Source of the DNA: Lama guanicoe
Lineage: Eukaryota
DNA length: 64,000 nt
Direction: 5' to 3'
NCBI GenBank assembly: GCA_013239625.1
Contig: MU053379.1
Coordinates: 3,516,866 to 3,580,865 of the forward strand
Positions 62,850 to 64,000 of this stretch are shown one piece after another. The position numbers and the translations under genes are program-made. The notes beneath the pieces are model-generated. The model was not told the DNA's origin. It was given only the letters and a program-made list of their open reading frames with translations, and searched no databases. Each line of letters starts with the position of its first letter. The stretch's first letter is position 1.

Positions 62850-64000
62850 CATCTCAAATCCTGCAGGCGTCCAGGCTGCACTCCAGGACTGTCACTCAGG
62901 ACGGGCCCCGACGCGGAAGTCTTTTCTTATCCAATCGCGCCGCCCCGCGGACAACCTGGACACTGCAGCCTCTCTAACCTGACGTCGGCCCTCTGGAAAG
63001 TAAACGGATCAACGTGTGGAGCCACGAATGCCTCCGACGGGAGGCAGTTTCACCCGGGGGCATCCCCGGGAAAATCAGCGAAACAAGCTGGAACTGCGGG
63101 CCCTATTTTCGGCAGGCCGACCTAGAAGAATTTAACCCTTTCAGTCCCTGGTCGCCTGCTCCAGACCCAGCCTCTCAGAAAGGCACCAGGTCAGGCGGGG
63201 GTGCAGTGGGAAGCAACCACAATCCAGTGTCCCTTCCACTCTGGGCTCCACCTGCGTCACCGTCGAAGCCTCAGCACAGGGTGCTCTTAACTGGGATGGG
63301 GGGCGTTCCTGCCTCCCGCGCTCGGACCCCAAAGCCCGGAGTTGGCGCGGCGCTTCCCCCTGGTGGCCCGATGGCGCCAATGCACAGCTCGCCCGCAGCG
63401 CGGGAGAGGCGCGCGGGGCGGAGGGCTCGGTGCTCCTCTGTCCGCCTCACCCGCACCTGACTGGGACTGAGGACCAGCAGGGAGTAGCTGGAGCCCCGAC
63501 TCGACGGTGGGCAAGAGGTGAGGGTCTCTCCTTCCTAGTACACCCCACCTCCGGCCCCCAACCAAAACCAGAATCCTTCTTCAGCATCATTCTCTTACTC
63601 CCCGAACCACCTAGATCCCCACTCTCCTGCCCTCACAGAACTGCCCACAGGGGTCGGTACGTAAGTGGGGACCGGTTGGGGTCGTGGAGACTTCCCAGTG
63701 GCCAGCGCGCTTCTGGACCGCAGGTGCAGTTGGCTGTTGTTTGTGCCCAAGTGTGACGGAAGTTGGGGCGGAGACGGGAGGCGGCATGTACTTGGGGGGA
63801 AGAAGGATGGGGGGAAAATTACAACCGAGGAAAACGTGTGTCCGCAAACGCACTCTCCACGCCGCCCGTGCGCCTGGCGGCCGAGGGTGGAGCGGTGGCG
63901 CCCGCCGCCGTCTGACTTGCACGCTCTAATCCTGATTCCGAGCCGCCGACTCCTCCGCGGTCCCCTCACCGGGCCGGGCTGCGCGTCTGTGGAGATGCGG
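62850..64000. promoter_or_regulatory. CpG island / promoter-like region running off the window end
   Basis: High CpG density; ETS gcggaagt 62913-62920, CCAAT 62931, CRE-like tgacgtc 62980-62986, second ETS cggaagt ~63757, GC box ggggcgg. Confidence 0.7.
63351..63368 (-). promoter_or_regulatory. Candidate CTCF site
   Basis: Minus strand GGCCACCAGGGGGAAGCG versus consensus (G)GCCACCAGGGGGCGC. Confidence 0.5.

Noticed and set aside
43787..63969. Numerous 60-215 aa ORFs in the GC-rich right third
   Set aside because: Pro/Gly/Arg/Ala-rich, overlapping on both strands, mostly non-ATG starts; expected from stop-codon scarcity.
1..64000. CRISPR arrays, rRNA or prokaryotic systems
   Set aside because: No repeat-spacer arrays or such genes; the sequence is mammalian.

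Overview
Mammalian genomic DNA, probably camelid (two tRNA-Ala-derived Vic-1-like SINEs). There is one clear gene: the two-exon homeobox gene NKX2-4 on the minus strand (CDS 3928->2831), in a CpG island and interrupted by a 222-N assembly gap that hides the end of exon 1. The rest is upstream intergenic DNA rich in L1, L2, MIR, ERVL/MaLR LTRs and hAT-type MER elements. The most interesting item is a highly diverged, intronless cTAGE/MIA2-family retrocopy (42271-42900, +). It has a strong Kozak ATG and an uninterrupted 209-codon frame: a membrane-anchor segment plus the first coiled coil, apparently fused through a large internal deletion to the start of the proline-rich domain. Its TAA stop appears to replace a parental Glu codon. 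Also present are two orphan CpG-island/promoter-like regions (~25.6-26.3 kb and 62.85 kb to the window end), a perfect palindromic RFX X-box, candidate CTCF sites, a SOX/FOX motif cluster, and strong AT->GC drift in old repeats that suggests GC-biased gene conversion. All homology and repeat-family calls come from recalled reference sequences, not database searches, and repeat boundaries are approximate.
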